From positions 1-54,269 of IMG/VR virus record IMGVR_UViG_3300034375_013642: 54,269 nucleotides of DNA. One strand, 5' to 3'. This DNA comes from a virus (taxonomy: Duplodnaviria > Caudoviricetes). Made by a program: the position numbers and the translations under genes. Positions 44,222 through 54,269 of this stretch are shown here, piece by piece. The notes beneath the pieces were generated by a model. It saw only the letters and a program-made list of their open reading frames with translations, ran no database searches and was not told the DNA's origin. Position 1 is the first letter of the stretch, and the number at the start of each line of letters is the position of its first letter.

Positions 44222-45463
44222 ATGGCAGGACTTGATACGCGCGGGGCCTTCGACGGCTTCGTGCAAGGCTTCAACATGATGGACGCCTATAACCACCGGA
44301 AGGCGTCCAGCGCACGCGCTGATCAGCAAGTGCAGATGCAGCAGCGCGGGCTCGATATGCGTGAGCAGGAGTTTGCTGCGCAGCAGGATGAGCGCCAAAG
44401 CCAGCGGGACCAACAACATATCGCGCATTTCTATACCGGGTGGGCCAGCGGCATCGATGCGCCCATCACGCCCGAGCTCGAAAAGGCATTCGAGCGAAAC
44501 AAGCTCGCAGATCCGCGCCACCTGTTCCGACCTGAGACCGAGGCAGCTGTGCAGTACGCCGACAAGCTGGCCAAGGGCGAGGGTTCGCTGTTCAGCAAGC
44601 AGACCGTCGACGCCATGAACGACTTCTACGCGCCCCGCGTGAACCGCGGCAATGGCGGCAAGAAGCGGCTGGCCGGCATGTACCCCGGGCAAAAGGAAGG
44701 CTCGTTCGTTTTCGAGCTGGAAGTTGAGGACGAACAGGGCAACAAGCGGCTGGCGCCGATGACGGTGAATCGGGGCCTGGAAGGCGAGGACGACGAGGTA
44801 GCGCAGTACGAGATCGATCAGGCGATCGCCCCGGTAATGGGTGCCAAGTCGATCTACCAGGCGCTCGGCCAGAATCGCGAGAAGATGTTGGGCTATCTGC
44901 GCAGCTCCGGCTACCTGCCGAAGGAAGCCGATAAGTGGGAACAGGTCGAGGGCCCCGACGGCGCCATTCTGCAGCGCAACAATCGAACCGGTGAAATGAA
45001 GAGCGTCGTTGGCCGCAAATCGATCGGTGCGGGCGGCGCCTATGCGCCGAGCAGCGACGTGAAGACCCTCGAATATCTCAAATCCAACGGCATGAGCGAC
45101 CAGCAGGCCCGTGACGAACTGGTGCGCCTGAAACGAGGCGGTAGCGACAGCAGCATCAGCGCCGGCGACCGGTACCGGGTGACCTTCCTCACCAACCAGA
45201 TTAAGGAAATCGATTCGCAGCTCGAAGCCTTTCCGGAGCCCGATGCGGAAGCAGCGTTGCGTCAACAGCGCGAGCAGCTTGTGCAGGCGCGGCAAGGGCT
45301 CGCCAGCGATCTGGGCCTTGTCGGCGTTCCTGGTCAGCAGCAAGCCCGGCAGGAGCCCAAGCCTTCAGCGCCGCAGCAGGGGCCGAAGGTGGGTCACGTC
45401 GAAGACGGCTACGAGTTCCTTGGTGGCGACCCTGCCAACCCTGAAAACTGGAGTAAGAAGTGA
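44222..45463 (+). CDS. Putative ejection protein
   Basis: GAFDGFVQGF N-terminus, coiled coils; GGAGG SD. Confidence 0.7.
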   Translation: MAGLDTRGAFDGFVQGFNMMDAYNHRKASSARADQQVQMQQRGLDMREQEFAAQQDERQSQRDQQHIAHFYTGWASGIDAPITPELEKAFERNKLADPRHLFRPETEAAVQYADKLAKGEGSLFSKQTVDAMNDFYAPRVNRGNGGKKRLAGMYPGQKEGSFVFELEVEDEQGNKRLAPMTVNRGLEGEDDEVAQYEIDQAIAPVMGAKSIYQALGQNREKMLGYLRSSGYLPKEADKWEQVEGPDGAILQRNNRTGEMKSVVGRKSIGAGGAYAPSSDVKTLEYLKSNGMSDQQARDELVRLKRGGSDSSISAGDRYRVTFLTNQIKEIDSQLEAFPEPDAEAALRQQREQLVQARQGLASDLGLVGVPGQQQARQEPKPSAPQQGPKVGHVEDGYEFLGGDPANPENWSKK

Positions 45464-48400
45464 TGGCGGGCCCTTGGGAGAAGTACCAGCAGCAATCCGC
45501 CATTGAACGGCCTCAGCCAGAGCAGGCCGGGCCATGGGCTAAGTATCAGCCAGCGGAGCCCGTCGAGCCGACCAACGATGCGGCAGCCGAGCGGGGCGGC
45601 ATCGAAGCCATGGATTACGGCAAGGAGATGGCGGGTGGCGCGTTGGTTGGCACCGGCGCGGTCGTCAGCGGCTTCGGCGACCTGCTGACAACGGCGGGAA
45701 ATGCTGTTGAGCGAGGCGCTCGTGCGGTATTGCCCGCCGGAGCCGTGGATGCGCTGAAGAGCATTCCGGCACCGAGCGACCTACTGTTTCGTCCGGCAGG
45801 TCGCCAGATCGACGCTGCGGGTAAGCAAATTCAGGCCGCTAAGACCGAGGCGGCCAAGCAGACGCTGGAAGCCAGCACGCCACAAGGTGACGTTCTTGAC
45901 CCGTCCAGCTGGAGCATGGGCGACGATCCTACGCTCGCCGGCTACGGGCTGCATGGTGCGAACCTGGTGGGCCAGTTCGTGCCTCAGGCCGCTGCGCTGG
46001 CAATCCCCGGCGGTCAGGCGCGCATGGTAGGAATGGCAGGCATTGGCGGCCTCCAGGCTGGCGGCGCGGCGGGCAACGAAGTCGAGCAGCGCCTTGCAGC
46101 CATGCCAGACGCTGACCTGCAGCAGGCTTCGGACCTGTACCGCCAGCTGCGCGCGAACGGCTTGGATGAGGCTGCTGCTCGCGCCCAGGTGTCCGCTACC
46201 GCACGCGCAGCCGCGTTTCAGGGGGCGGCTCCGGTGGGTGCAGTTGGCGGTGCCATGACTCATTACGCGCTGGGGCCGCTGCAGCGGCAGATCGGAGGAA
46301 GCGCAGGCCGGCGCCTGGCTGGTGGCCTGGCGCTGGATGCTCCGGCTGAAGGTGCGCAAGAGGTGGGCGAGTCCGTGGCGGCTCGCGCTGCGACGAACCA
46401 GGCGATCGGTGAGCAGCGCTCCCTGACCGAGGATACCTTCGGCGACGCCCTGCTGGGCGCCATGGGTGGCGCAGGCCATGCGAGCCTTGGCGCAGTGCTC
46501 GGCCGCCCGGAGCACGCTGCGCGGCCAGCCGATTCGGCCGCCGAGCCTGATGCCACCTTTGAGGATGCGCCAGAGCCTGCCGCATTGCCGGCGCCAGGGC
46601 TGCAGGGCCTCCCCAAGCCCGAGCCGACCTTCTACGCCGACAGCCAGGGCAACATGCAGGACGTCGGCCCGGTACGCAATGTTGACGGCGAAATGCAGCC
46701 CGACCAGCAGGGGCGGCAATGGATCAACCCGCGCAACCGTGCCGATCGCTCCGTGGGCGGAGAGGGCATGGAGCGCCAGGTGGCTCGCGGTGAGCCGGCG
46801 CCGCTTGAGGGACAGTTCCAGCATGGAAGCCGCCAGCAGGTTGCCGATAGCCAAGCGCAGGAAGGTCTGACCTTGGATGGCGAAACCCTGCAGCCGGCAC
46901 TGCCTGCGCCCGATGCGTTCGTGGTGGACGGGCAGGGCAATGCCCAGCGTGGCGCCACTAAGCCGCAAATCTTTGACCGGGCTCCCACTGGTGGGCGCGG
47001 CATGGATCAGCAGGCGCCGACCGCAATTCGCCGCGACGATGACTTTGAGTACATGGCCCGCAGCAATGGCGAGCCGTTCCAGGCGCACGGCGCAGCGAAG
47101 GCCAGCAAGGCTTTCCGCGAGGCTAGGAAGGTAGGCCGTAACCCGACGGTCGCTAAGGTCGATGGCGGCTTCGCCGTACGCGTGCCGGCGGATCCGAAGC
47201 GGTACCAGATGCGGCCGATCGATCAGGCAGCCAACCAGGCCGCGACCTCGCCGACCAACGATCTACCTGCGCCGACACCCGCGCAGATTGAGGCCGGAAA
47301 CTACAAAAAGGGTCGCGTCCGCGTTCAGGGCCTGGATATCTCCATTGAGAATCCGCGGGGTTCCGAGCGGAGCGGTACCGGGCCGGACGGTACGCCATGG
47401 CGGCGCACGATGGGCGACCATTACGGCTACATCAAGCGCACCACGGGCGCCGACGGCGAGCAGGTGGACGTCTACGTTGGGCCGCAGCAGGACAGCGATC
47501 AGGTATTCGTGGTCGACCAGCTCAATCAGCAGGACGGAAGCTTCGACGAACACAAAGTCATGCTGGGCTATTCCGACCAGGCGACGGCAGTGCAAGCCTA
47601 CAGTGCCAACTTTGACGAAGGCTGGAAGGTGGGCCCGGTCACCGCCATGCCGGTGACCGAGTTCAAATCATGGCTGAAAGGCGGTGCGCTTTCCAAGCCG
47701 CTCGCGCTGCCGAGCCCGGGCGTCAAGCCGCCTCAACCGAAAACGGCTGCCTCTGCGCACCAGGCACCGCCCGATCAGCCCAGGCCAAAGGGCAGTCGGC
47801 GAGCCGTTGATCGAGACCGCGATAGCGTAGTGCAAGCAGCCATCAGGCTCGGCGGCATTACCAAACAGTGGAAACAGGACACGACCGGCGACACCAAGGG
47901 CAACAAGAACATTCCAGGTGTCGGAGCGCTATGGAGCGACAACACCGGGACCAGCCTGGATGACATGGCATCCCTGCTTGACCAGCACGGCTATGTTCCA
48001 GCTGGCGAAATGGACCGAGACGGTGGCGTGAGCTGGCTGCAGGAAGCCTTGCGAGATGAACTGGCTGGCAGAAAGACACACTATGCGCCAGACTCTGTTC
48101 GGCAGCTGGAACAGTACGAGCTGGAAATGCTCGAGCGTATCAACGAGCAATTGGCCGTTGAGCGTGAGCAGCTCGAAGCTGAATACGCCCGCATCGAGGC
48201 CGAGCACGGCGCCGAGGCTGCGGCACACGCAAGATCCCAAGACGCTGCTTTCGACGAAGACGCTTTAAGGTATGAGGAGTTCATCTCTGATGAGCCAGAA
48301 AGAACCGAAACTTTCATTGACGGAAATCCGCTCGATGAGGACGCAGCCGTCCGGCGCGATGACGAGGTACGGGCAGCTGATGCAGCAGAAGCTGGATCTG

Positions 48401-51400
48401 CTGGACAAGATCGCGGCGCGTCGTTCAGCCTCGAACAGCAAACCGAAGCAGGACTGAAAGAGCAGGCGGAGCGCAATGCTGCCGCCGAGAAGGCTCGTGC
48501 CGATCAGGAGCGCGAGACAGAGCAGAAGGCTCAGGCCGACCGCGACCGTAAAGATTTCACCCTGACCGGCTCAGACCGGATATCGGACATTGCCGCCGCG
48601 CGCGGGCAGAATGATATGTTCGGTGCCCAGCCGACCACTCCAGCCAGTAAAGCGAAACAACAAGCCACCCAGCTGGCCAAGAAGAAGCCGAGCCCTGCAG
48701 AACCAGCCACTGAGCCCAAGCCCGCCAAGGTCGAAGACTTCGGCGAGAAGCTAGGCGGCGCGCGCAAAGATGAGCTGCGCGGCCTGCGGGAGCGCCTGGA
48801 CAACATGGACGACCAGAGCATTGCGAACAGCAAGCTCAGCGAGCTATGGCCAAAGGGCGAGATTGACCGCATAGAAGACAACTTCCACGCGGCTGCTTAC
48901 CAGACCGTGCGGGACTTCATCCCCACGAAACCCCGGGCTCCGTACAGGATTGCCGGCTGGGTGAACAAAGTGAAGGCGGCGCGCGAGCTGCTTGCGGAGC
49001 TGTCGCGGATGGGCGGCGATTCGACGGTCGCCAAGATGCGAGCATTCAGCCCTTCACTGCGGTCGGTAGCCGACAAGATTGAGCTGCTGATGGGGATTGA
49101 TCGGGCGCAGTGGGCGCGGATCGGCCGGGTGAGCATGGCAACCGGCAGCTACAGCAAGGACGGGCAGATGGTGCCGGGGTCTTGGGCCGAGGTGGAAATC
49201 GACGGCCGAGGCAAGCACTTCTACGGTAAGGGTTCTATTGCTGAGGCAATTAACGATGTCCGCCTGGCGCTGAATCTCAAATCGGCCCCTGAGAAGAAGA
49301 TGCAGTTCGACGTCTACTCAGACCGAGCGACCGGACAGGTCTTCATCGCCAAAAGCGGCGACCGAGAGACCCGCCGGCTGGCAACCTTCAAGAGCGTGGC
49401 AGAGGCCAGGGATCACATCGCCAACGAACATGACAGCTTGGTCGCAGCGTGGGACGCGGTTAAGAACCGAGACAACGTGACCAAGGCGGATATGCGCCGC
49501 AGCTTGAACGAGGTTCGCACTGGCACCGATCACCGCGGCGGAGCGGACATCACGCCCGAACAGTTCCTCGAGGCGTTCGGATTCAGAGGCGTCGAGTTCG
49601 GTAACTGGGTTGCGCAGGGCGATGGCAGTAAAGGCCGCCAGGGCATGCTCAATGATGCCTATGATGCCTTCATGGATTTGGCTGAGGTGGTGGGCGTACC
49701 GCCGAAGGCATTGAGTCTGGAAGGGCGGCTGGGCATCGGCTTCGGTTCTCGCGGGCGAGGCCGGGCCAGTGCCCACTTCGAGCCGGACGCCGTTGTCATC
49801 AACCTGACCAAGACGAAAGGGGCTGGCTCGTTGGCGCATGAGTGGTTTCATGCGCTCGACAACTACTTTGCCGGCAAGCGAGAGGCTAGCGAAGCCAAGA
49901 CGGCGCGCGAGGCGTCGTATATCACCTATCGGCCGGAGCCGGTCCTCGTCAACAAGAAGTACCCGGCGCAAAGCCTGACCCGCGCCAAGCTGGACATGTA
50001 CCAGGCGAACCATCCGAACGCACCGATGTACGCCGAGGCGAACTGGATGCCCGATCCTGCGCACCCAGAAGGGGTGAGGCCGAAGGTGGAGAAGGCTTTC
50101 GCCGAAGTGGTTGCCACGCTCGATCAGTCGCCGATGGCGAAACGCTCGGCCGTTCTGGATAAGGGAGCCGCAGATGGGTACTGGTCGCGCATCATCGAGC
50201 GCGGCGCTCGCTCCTTTGAAACCTACGTGATTGCGAAGCTGGCCGATCGCGGCTATCGCAATGATTACCTGGCCAACGTGCGCAGCCTTGAAGAGTTTTC
50301 ACGTAGCCAGGATCGGTACCCGTACCTGACCCCGGACGAGCAAGGCCCGGTTAACGAAGCCTTCGACAAGCTGTTCTCGACCATCGAAGCCCGCGAAACG
50401 GACGAGGGTGTCAGCCTTTACCGGCTGGGTGAAGGCTCTGGAACGAAGGCCGAACATGTCACGGATGCACTATCGGGGGTTTCTGAACTTGCCGGTGTGA
50501 AGGTCGTGCAAACGTTCGATGACCTTCCCCTGTCAGCGAGGATCCGAGCCAAGCGTGACGGCATCGCGCCGGATGAGCTGCGCGGGATTTTCAGCAGCGG
50601 GGCGACTTATGTTGTCGCCGGCAACCACGCCAGCATTGCCGACGCGGTCTTTACGGCCGTGCACGAAGAGGTTGGCCACCGCGGCATTCATGGCCTGCTA
50701 GGCGACCAACTGGACGCGACCATGGAACGGTTGTATGCCAGCCAGGCAGCAACGGCCAAGGGCCGCCAGCGCATCGCGCAAATTCGCCAGGCTTATGCCA
50801 AGGTCCTGAAGAAGCTCGATGCTCGCAAGCAGCGCCTGATGATCGCCGAGGAGATGGTTGCGCACTTGATCGAGGATGGAGAGCGGCCTACCGCGCTGCA
50901 GCGCGTGCTGTCCAAAGCCCGAGAACTGCTGCGAGCGTTGTTCCCGCAGGTGCCATGGACCTACACCGACATCCTGGCGCTGGGCGAGCAGTCTCGCCGC
51001 TGGCTGCGCGACAGTCAGGCCGGGGTTACCGAGGACGAAAGCACCCGATACGCGTTGGCCGGGAAGCGTCAGCACACCTCCGAAGCGTTCAGCGACCTTA
51101 CCGCCAAGCAGAAGGATGCGCTGAACAAGATCGCGCCACGCACGGCGAAGCAGCAGGCGATCGATTGGTTCCGCCAGCACTCGGATCGTGCGCTACTCAA
51201 GATCCGCCAAGGCATTGTCGATCGCTACGCGGCGCTGCGAGAGCTGGACGTGGCCGTGCATGGGGACGATGTCCTGGGCACCGACATCACAAGCAGTGCC
51301 TGGGTGCTGGCGCGCATGTCGTCGGCAGCCAGCGGCGCACTGCATGCGATGCTGAACAACGGGCGCATTTACCTGGACCAGCAGCAGAAGGTGATCGACA

Positions 51401-53688
51401 TCCAGGACGGCGATGCGCTCGGCCTGGGCGCGACGCTGGCGCGCCTGGGCTCCGCGGCGGAGATCGAGCGCTTCATGGGCTGGATCGCCGGCAACCGCTC
51501 CGCCAAGCTTGCCGCCGAAGGCCGGGAAAACCTGTTCGACGCCGCCGAGATCGATGCGCTGCGCACCCTCAATAGCGGCACGACTCAGCATGGGAAGGCA
51601 CGCGGCACGCTGTACACCGAGGTGTTCGCCGAGTTTCAGCAATACCGGGACGACGTGCTGGCGATCGCCGAGCAAACGGGCGTTATCACCTCGGAAAGCC
51701 GCGCACTCTGGCGCGACGAGTTCTACGTGCCTTTTTACCGGGTGATGGACGAAGACGCTGCAGCCACCGGCCCGATGGCGTCCAAAGGGCTGACCCGCCA
51801 GGAGGCTTACAAGAAGCTTAAGGGTGGTAGCCAGAACCTGAACGATCTACTGCAGAACACGCTGCTGAACTTCAACCACTTGCTGCAGGCAAGCCTGAGG
51901 AACCAGGCGGCTGCGCAAGCGATCAACAATGCCGAGCAGCTTGGGATTGCTCAGCCAGTGAGCGAAGCGGCGCGGGACAAGAAGGCGAGCACCTTCGTGC
52001 TCAAGGCGGGCGTTAAACAGTGGTACAACATCGGCGATCCGTTGGTGTTCGAAGCGCTAAGCTCGCTCAGCGATGCCGGCCTGAACAACGCTGCTGTGCA
52101 CGCGATGAGTTTCTTCAAGCGCCTGTTTACGAACATGACCACCATCACGCCACAGTTCATCATCGCCAACTTGCTGCGCGACTCGATGTCGGCTACCGCA
52201 ACATCACCAGTGAGCAAGAACTTCCTGAAGAACATCGCGGTGGGCGGCGCCAATTGGACCGACACCCGTAAGCGGGCGCGCATGCTCGCCAGCGGTGGCG
52301 CCTTCAGTTTCGGGCATATCTATAGCAACGATCCGGACGAAGTGAAAGCGCACATCACGCGCAACCTGCGAAGCGCCAAATTGATCGACGGACCGAAGCT
52401 GGTACCGCAAGCGTTGAAGGCTGGCTGGGATGCTTGGAACGCCGTAGCCAACACCGCAGAAAATGCGAACCGGGCGGCAATTTTCGAGCAGAACGAGCAG
52501 GGCAGCGGAAAACTGGCGGCAGCCTTCGAGGCGCGTGACCTGATGGACTTCTCCATGCATGGCGCCTGGCCGGCGGTTCGCTTTTTGATCCGCGTGGTGC
52601 CGTTCCTCAATGCGCGCCTCCAGGGTTTGGACAAACTCTACCGTGCCGGCGTGAAGCCTTCTCTGTTGACCGCGTTCGGCCAGGGCAATGCCTCTGACAA
52701 GCAAGCTGCAGCGCGCTTCATGACAGTCGTGGGTGCGCTATCCATGGCGAGCATGGCGCTCATGCTGGTGAACAACGACGACGAGGAATACCGCAAGCTC
52801 GAAGAATGGCAGAAGGATACCTACTGGTTCGTCCGCGTAGGTGGCAAGGCCTTCTTCATCCCGAAGCCGTTCGAGGTCGGCGCGATCGCCACTATGGCCG
52901 AGCGTCTGTTGCAGCAGGCCATTGACGACAAGGCGACCGGCAAGCTGTTCGCGCAGCGCCTGGGGCACACCCTGACGCAGACCTTTTCCTTTTCGCCGGT
53001 ACCGCACATGTTCCAGCCGGTGCTTGACGTGTACTCGAACGTGGATGCCTTCACGGGTCGCCCGATCGAGTCGACCGGAATGGACCGCCTAAGCAAGGGG
53101 CTGCGCACCCGAGCGACCACCACGGCCCCGGCGCGCGCGGCATCGGCTGTCAGCCGCGTGTTCGGTGATGAGTTCCCGCTTGCTGTATCTCCCATCCAAG
53201 CCGACCACCTGATTGCTGGCTACTTGGGCCAGGTCGGCGCGTGGGGAGCAGGTATGGTCGATACGATGTGGCGCGCAGCCAATGGAGAAAGCCAGCCAGC
53301 AAAGCACTGGCACGAGTATCAACCGATCCGTCGTTTCTACCGTGATCTGGACACGCCAGCGGCATACACCCGATACAGCACGATCTTCTATGAAGGTCTG
53401 CGCGAAGCGGGCAAGGCTTATGCCGACGTGAAGGAGCTACAGGAGCTTGGCCGCATGGAAGAAGCGCGCGGGGTGATCCGCGGGAAGCGCGACGTGCTTG
53501 GGCTGCGCAAGCAGCTCAACCAGGTGCAGCGGCGCTTGTCAGCGATCAATGGTCGCATGGATGCGGTGCGTCTGGGCGAGCTTGATGCCGATGCCAAACG
53601 GCGCGAACTGGATCGCCTTGTGGTGATCAAGAGTCGTCTGACGGAGATGGCCGGTAAGCGGGTAGAGGATATACGAGCGAAGCGTTGA
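45463..53688 (+). CDS. Giant polyvalent ejection protein (inorganic pyrophosphatase-like, LPD5-like, LPD1-like/zincin, second zincin, LPD38-like domains)
   Basis: ISIENPRGSER..YGYI..GADGEQVDV..DEHKVMLG; EDFGEKLGGARKD; GVEFGNW..LAHEWFHALD; HEEVGH; PFLNA..QG and IPKPFE. Confidence 0.8.
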   Translation: MAGPWEKYQQQSAIERPQPEQAGPWAKYQPAEPVEPTNDAAAERGGIEAMDYGKEMAGGALVGTGAVVSGFGDLLTTAGNAVERGARAVLPAGAVDALKSIPAPSDLLFRPAGRQIDAAGKQIQAAKTEAAKQTLEASTPQGDVLDPSSWSMGDDPTLAGYGLHGANLVGQFVPQAAALAIPGGQARMVGMAGIGGLQAGGAAGNEVEQRLAAMPDADLQQASDLYRQLRANGLDEAAARAQVSATARAAAFQGAAPVGAVGGAMTHYALGPLQRQIGGSAGRRLAGGLALDAPAEGAQEVGESVAARAATNQAIGEQRSLTEDTFGDALLGAMGGAGHASLGAVLGRPEHAARPADSAAEPDATFEDAPEPAALPAPGLQGLPKPEPTFYADSQGNMQDVGPVRNVDGEMQPDQQGRQWINPRNRADRSVGGEGMERQVARGEPAPLEGQFQHGSRQQVADSQAQEGLTLDGETLQPALPAPDAFVVDGQGNAQRGATKPQIFDRAPTGGRGMDQQAPTAIRRDDDFEYMARSNGEPFQAHGAAKASKAFREARKVGRNPTVAKVDGGFAVRVPADPKRYQMRPIDQAANQAATSPTNDLPAPTPAQIEAGNYKKGRVRVQGLDISIENPRGSERSGTGPDGTPWRRTMGDHYGYIKRTTGADGEQVDVYVGPQQDSDQVFVVDQLNQQDGSFDEHKVMLGYSDQATAVQAYSANFDEGWKVGPVTAMPVTEFKSWLKGGALSKPLALPSPGVKPPQPKTAASAHQAPPDQPRPKGSRRAVDRDRDSVVQAAIRLGGITKQWKQDTTGDTKGNKNIPGVGALWSDNTGTSLDDMASLLDQHGYVPAGEMDRDGGVSWLQEALRDELAGRKTHYAPDSVRQLEQYELEMLERINEQLAVEREQLEAEYARIEAEHGAEAAAHARSQDAAFDEDALRYEEFISDEPERTETFIDGNPLDEDAAVRRDDEVRAADAAEAGSAGQDRGASFSLEQQTEAGLKEQAERNAAAEKARADQERETEQKAQADRDRKDFTLTGSDRISDIAAARGQNDMFGAQPTTPASKAKQQATQLAKKKPSPAEPATEPKPAKVEDFGEKLGGARKDELRGLRERLDNMDDQSIANSKLSELWPKGEIDRIEDNFHAAAYQTVRDFIPTKPRAPYRIAGWVNKVKAARELLAELSRMGGDSTVAKMRAFSPSLRSVADKIELLMGIDRAQWARIGRVSMATGSYSKDGQMVPGSWAEVEIDGRGKHFYGKGSIAEAINDVRLALNLKSAPEKKMQFDVYSDRATGQVFIAKSGDRETRRLATFKSVAEARDHIANEHDSLVAAWDAVKNRDNVTKADMRRSLNEVRTGTDHRGGADITPEQFLEAFGFRGVEFGNWVAQGDGSKGRQGMLNDAYDAFMDLAEVVGVPPKALSLEGRLGIGFGSRGRGRASAHFEPDAVVINLTKTKGAGSLAHEWFHALDNYFAGKREASEAKTAREASYITYRPEPVLVNKKYPAQSLTRAKLDMYQANHPNAPMYAEANWMPDPAHPEGVRPKVEKAFAEVVATLDQSPMAKRSAVLDKGAADGYWSRIIERGARSFETYVIAKLADRGYRNDYLANVRSLEEFSRSQDRYPYLTPDEQGPVNEAFDKLFSTIEARETDEGVSLYRLGEGSGTKAEHVTDALSGVSELAGVKVVQTFDDLPLSARIRAKRDGIAPDELRGIFSSGATYVVAGNHASIADAVFTAVHEEVGHRGIHGLLGDQLDATMERLYASQAATAKGRQRIAQIRQAYAKVLKKLDARKQRLMIAEEMVAHLIEDGERPTALQRVLSKARELLRALFPQVPWTYTDILALGEQSRRWLRDSQAGVTEDESTRYALAGKRQHTSEAFSDLTAKQKDALNKIAPRTAKQQAIDWFRQHSDRALLKIRQGIVDRYAALRELDVAVHGDDVLGTDITSSAWVLARMSSAASGALHAMLNNGRIYLDQQQKVIDIQDGDALGLGATLARLGSAAEIERFMGWIAGNRSAKLAAEGRENLFDAAEIDALRTLNSGTTQHGKARGTLYTEVFAEFQQYRDDVLAIAEQTGVITSESRALWRDEFYVPFYRVMDEDAAATGPMASKGLTRQEAYKKLKGGSQNLNDLLQNTLLNFNHLLQASLRNQAAAQAINNAEQLGIAQPVSEAARDKKASTFVLKAGVKQWYNIGDPLVFEALSSLSDAGLNNAAVHAMSFFKRLFTNMTTITPQFIIANLLRDSMSATATSPVSKNFLKNIAVGGANWTDTRKRARMLASGGAFSFGHIYSNDPDEVKAHITRNLRSAKLIDGPKLVPQALKAGWDAWNAVANTAENANRAAIFEQNEQGSGKLAAAFEARDLMDFSMHGAWPAVRFLIRVVPFLNARLQGLDKLYRAGVKPSLLTAFGQGNASDKQAAARFMTVVGALSMASMALMLVNNDDEEYRKLEEWQKDTYWFVRVGGKAFFIPKPFEVGAIATMAERLLQQAIDDKATGKLFAQRLGHTLTQTFSFSPVPHMFQPVLDVYSNVDAFTGRPIESTGMDRLSKGLRTRATTTAPARAASAVSRVFGDEFPLAVSPIQADHLIAGYLGQVGAWGAGMVDTMWRAANGESQPAKHWHEYQPIRRFYRDLDTPAAYTRYSTIFYEGLREAGKAYADVKELQELGRMEEARGVIRGKRDVLGLRKQLNQVQRRLSAINGRMDAVRLGELDADAKRRELDRLVVIKSRLTEMAGKRVEDIRAKR

Positions 53689-53922
53689 TCAGCGTTTGCG
53701 TCTGGGCTGACCGGCATACAAGCCGGTCAGCACCAGGGCACCGAAGAGCAGGGCGGGCACGTTGATCAGCAGACCGATGAGCATTACGAACAATGGAATA
53801 CCCGCCAGGCTCACGGTCAGCCAGCCACCAGTTGTCTGCCATGGGCGCGGCATCTGCGTCATCACCAGCCCGCCGAGGACAAGGAAGCCGATGATGCCGC
53901 CGACGATCTCGGTCGCGTCCAT
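53689..53922 (-). CDS. Small membrane protein (3 TM)
   Basis: Hydrophobic 77 aa; TGATG-coupled to the upstream gene. Confidence 0.75.
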   Translation of the reverse strand: MDATEIVGGIIGFLVLGGLVMTQMPRPWQTTGGWLTVSLAGIPLFVMLIGLLINVPALLFGALVLTGLYAGQPRRKR

Positions 53923-54269
53923 CAGTAGCAGCCGTAGTCGTTGCAGGTCGACTGGTAGTAGTTGCCGTCGGAGTCGGTACCAGAGTTGTAGAGCGTGTCG
54001 CCGATTCTGGTGGTGGTCCCGTTCCAGCTATCGCCATCGGCGGAATAGCCGTCGTGATAGGTGGTGTTTCCAACCGTGTTGCTGTTCTGGCTCCAATGCG
54101 AGCCATCGGTGCTGTAGCCGTCAAGGTGCGTCGTGTTACCGAACTTCTGGACGTTGTACGTGTTGCCACTGTCATCCGTGCAGCTCTTGAACGATCCGGT
54201 ACCGAAACATCCGGCGACGGCCGATTGCGCCGCCAATGAAAGCGCGACAATTGCGAGAGTCCTTTTCAT
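53922..54269 (-). CDS. Secreted beta-repeat protein
   Basis: Signal peptide ending AVA; repeats of GNTT..DGYS.DG..W; paired Cys at both ends. Confidence 0.8.
   Translation of the reverse strand: MKRTLAIVALSLAAQSAVAGCFGTGSFKSCTDDSGNTYNVQKFGNTTHLDGYSTDGSHWSQNSNTVGNTTYHDGYSADGDSWNGTTTRIGDTLYNSGTDSDGNYYQSTCNDYGCY

Larger units (their letters stand above)
95..54269. mobile_element. Temperate prophage (lambdoid early region, podovirus-type virion module), probably defective; right end beyond the window
   Basis: Integrase beside tRNA, cI/cro, replication, terminase, portal, capsid and ejection genes in canonical order; no tape-measure or sheath gene recognised. Confidence 0.95.

Noticed and set aside
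53689-54269. Second att site (repeat of the tRNA-Cys 3' end)
   Set aside because: Not seen; the prophage boundary lies outside the window

Overview
The window is almost entirely one temperate prophage, probably from a Pseudomonas/Stutzerimonas host (high GC, Pseudomonas-type gene families). It is integrated next to a tRNA-Cys (21-94); the far attachment site is not in the window. Layout: tyrosine integrase/excisionase; a leftward early operon (ASCH-like, PAPS-reductase-like, YejK, YqaJ/RecT) interrupted by four opposite-strand morons; pL with operators (~12.3 kb); a 3.7 kb cargo block in the lambda rexAB position; cI/cro; replication and nin-like genes; a Q-like regulator; holin and spanins; and a podovirus-type head/tail/ejection module ending in a 2741-aa polyvalent protein. 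The prophage looks crippled, with a frameshifted excisionase and an internally deleted large terminase. The most interesting part is the cargo downstream of cI. It encodes a secreted protein, a membrane protein whose C-terminus resembles the adjacent soluble CsrA/RsmA homolog, and then a RelE-like toxin, an XRE antitoxin and a third beta-rich protein. GGA-loop hairpins cover the ribosome-binding sites of both csrA and the toxin. All family assignments are by eye from motifs and synteny; no searches were run.
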